From sequence record PX871047.1: DNA of 42,242 nt, one strand, 5' to 3'. The translations under genes and the position numbers were made by a program. This DNA comes from a phage. Of this stretch, positions 42,059-42,242 are shown in pieces (positions within the stretch are counted from its first letter, which is position 1; each line of letters starts with the position of its first letter). The notes below the pieces were generated by a model that searched no databases, was not told where the DNA came from, and saw nothing but the letters and a program-made list of their open reading frames with translations.

Positions 42059-42242
42059 ATGAGCGAGTGGGTTAAGTGTAGTGAGCGGATGCCGATGGCG
42101 TGCCGTGACGTAATAATAACCGACATGGATATGGTTTCCAGAGTGGCATGGTTCAACGATAGAAATGACGCCTGGTATGTCACAGGGGTTGGGTGGTTTT
42201 CACGTGATGAAGTGACGCACTGGATGCCGTTACCAGAGCCGC
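42059..42242 (+). CDS. hypothetical early protein, 5' partial at window edge
   Basis: ATG after GAGGTGA; ...VTHWMPLPEP pattern; ORF runs off the window. Confidence 0.45.
   Translation, partial: MSEWVKCSERMPMACRDVIITDMDMVSRVAWFNDRNDAWYVTGVGWFSRDEVTHWMPLPEP

Noticed and set aside
1-42242. Integrated prophage with integrase and attachment sites
   Set aside because: No tyrosine or serine recombinase-like ORF and no tRNA-adjacent junction found; the AlpA-like HTH alone does not indicate integration. The window looks like a permuted virulent-type genome.

Overview
The window reads as a nearly complete, circularly permuted genome (about 42 kb) of a tailed dsDNA phage with enterobacterial-type promoters, Shine-Dalgarno sites and intrinsic terminators. 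All calls rest on manual reading of the sequence and ORF track; no database search or folding was run. Plus strand: an early block of small genes (41326 to the window end, continuing at 54-798), a lysis cassette (874-1910), a second small-gene block (2258-4168), then packaging, head and tail genes (4290-29229) ending in a beta-helix tailspike. Minus strand: a replication module (40849 down to 29261) with AEP-type primase-helicase, PD-(D/E)XK nuclease, SSB-like protein, family A DNA polymerase, VRR-NUC nuclease and SNF2-like helicase. No integrase, tRNA, rRNA or CRISPR array was found. The most notable items are: (1) two paralogous ORF-less elements of about 240 nt, each with its own promoter, a conserved 5' hairpin and a terminal hairpin (9704-9940 and 40955-41234), candidate small RNAs; (2) a conserved AATAG-N4-CTATT dyad overlapping the -10 of at least seven promoters, a candidate operator network; (3) a reverse-strand accessory island inside the tail module (16724-19374) encoding a superinfection-immunity-like membrane protein, an HTH-metallophosphoesterase fusion, and a split polynucleotide kinase-phosphatase-like pair with no ligase; (4) an identical C-terminal VTEEDLE tail and underlying 19-nt block shared by the primase-helicase and the nuclease.
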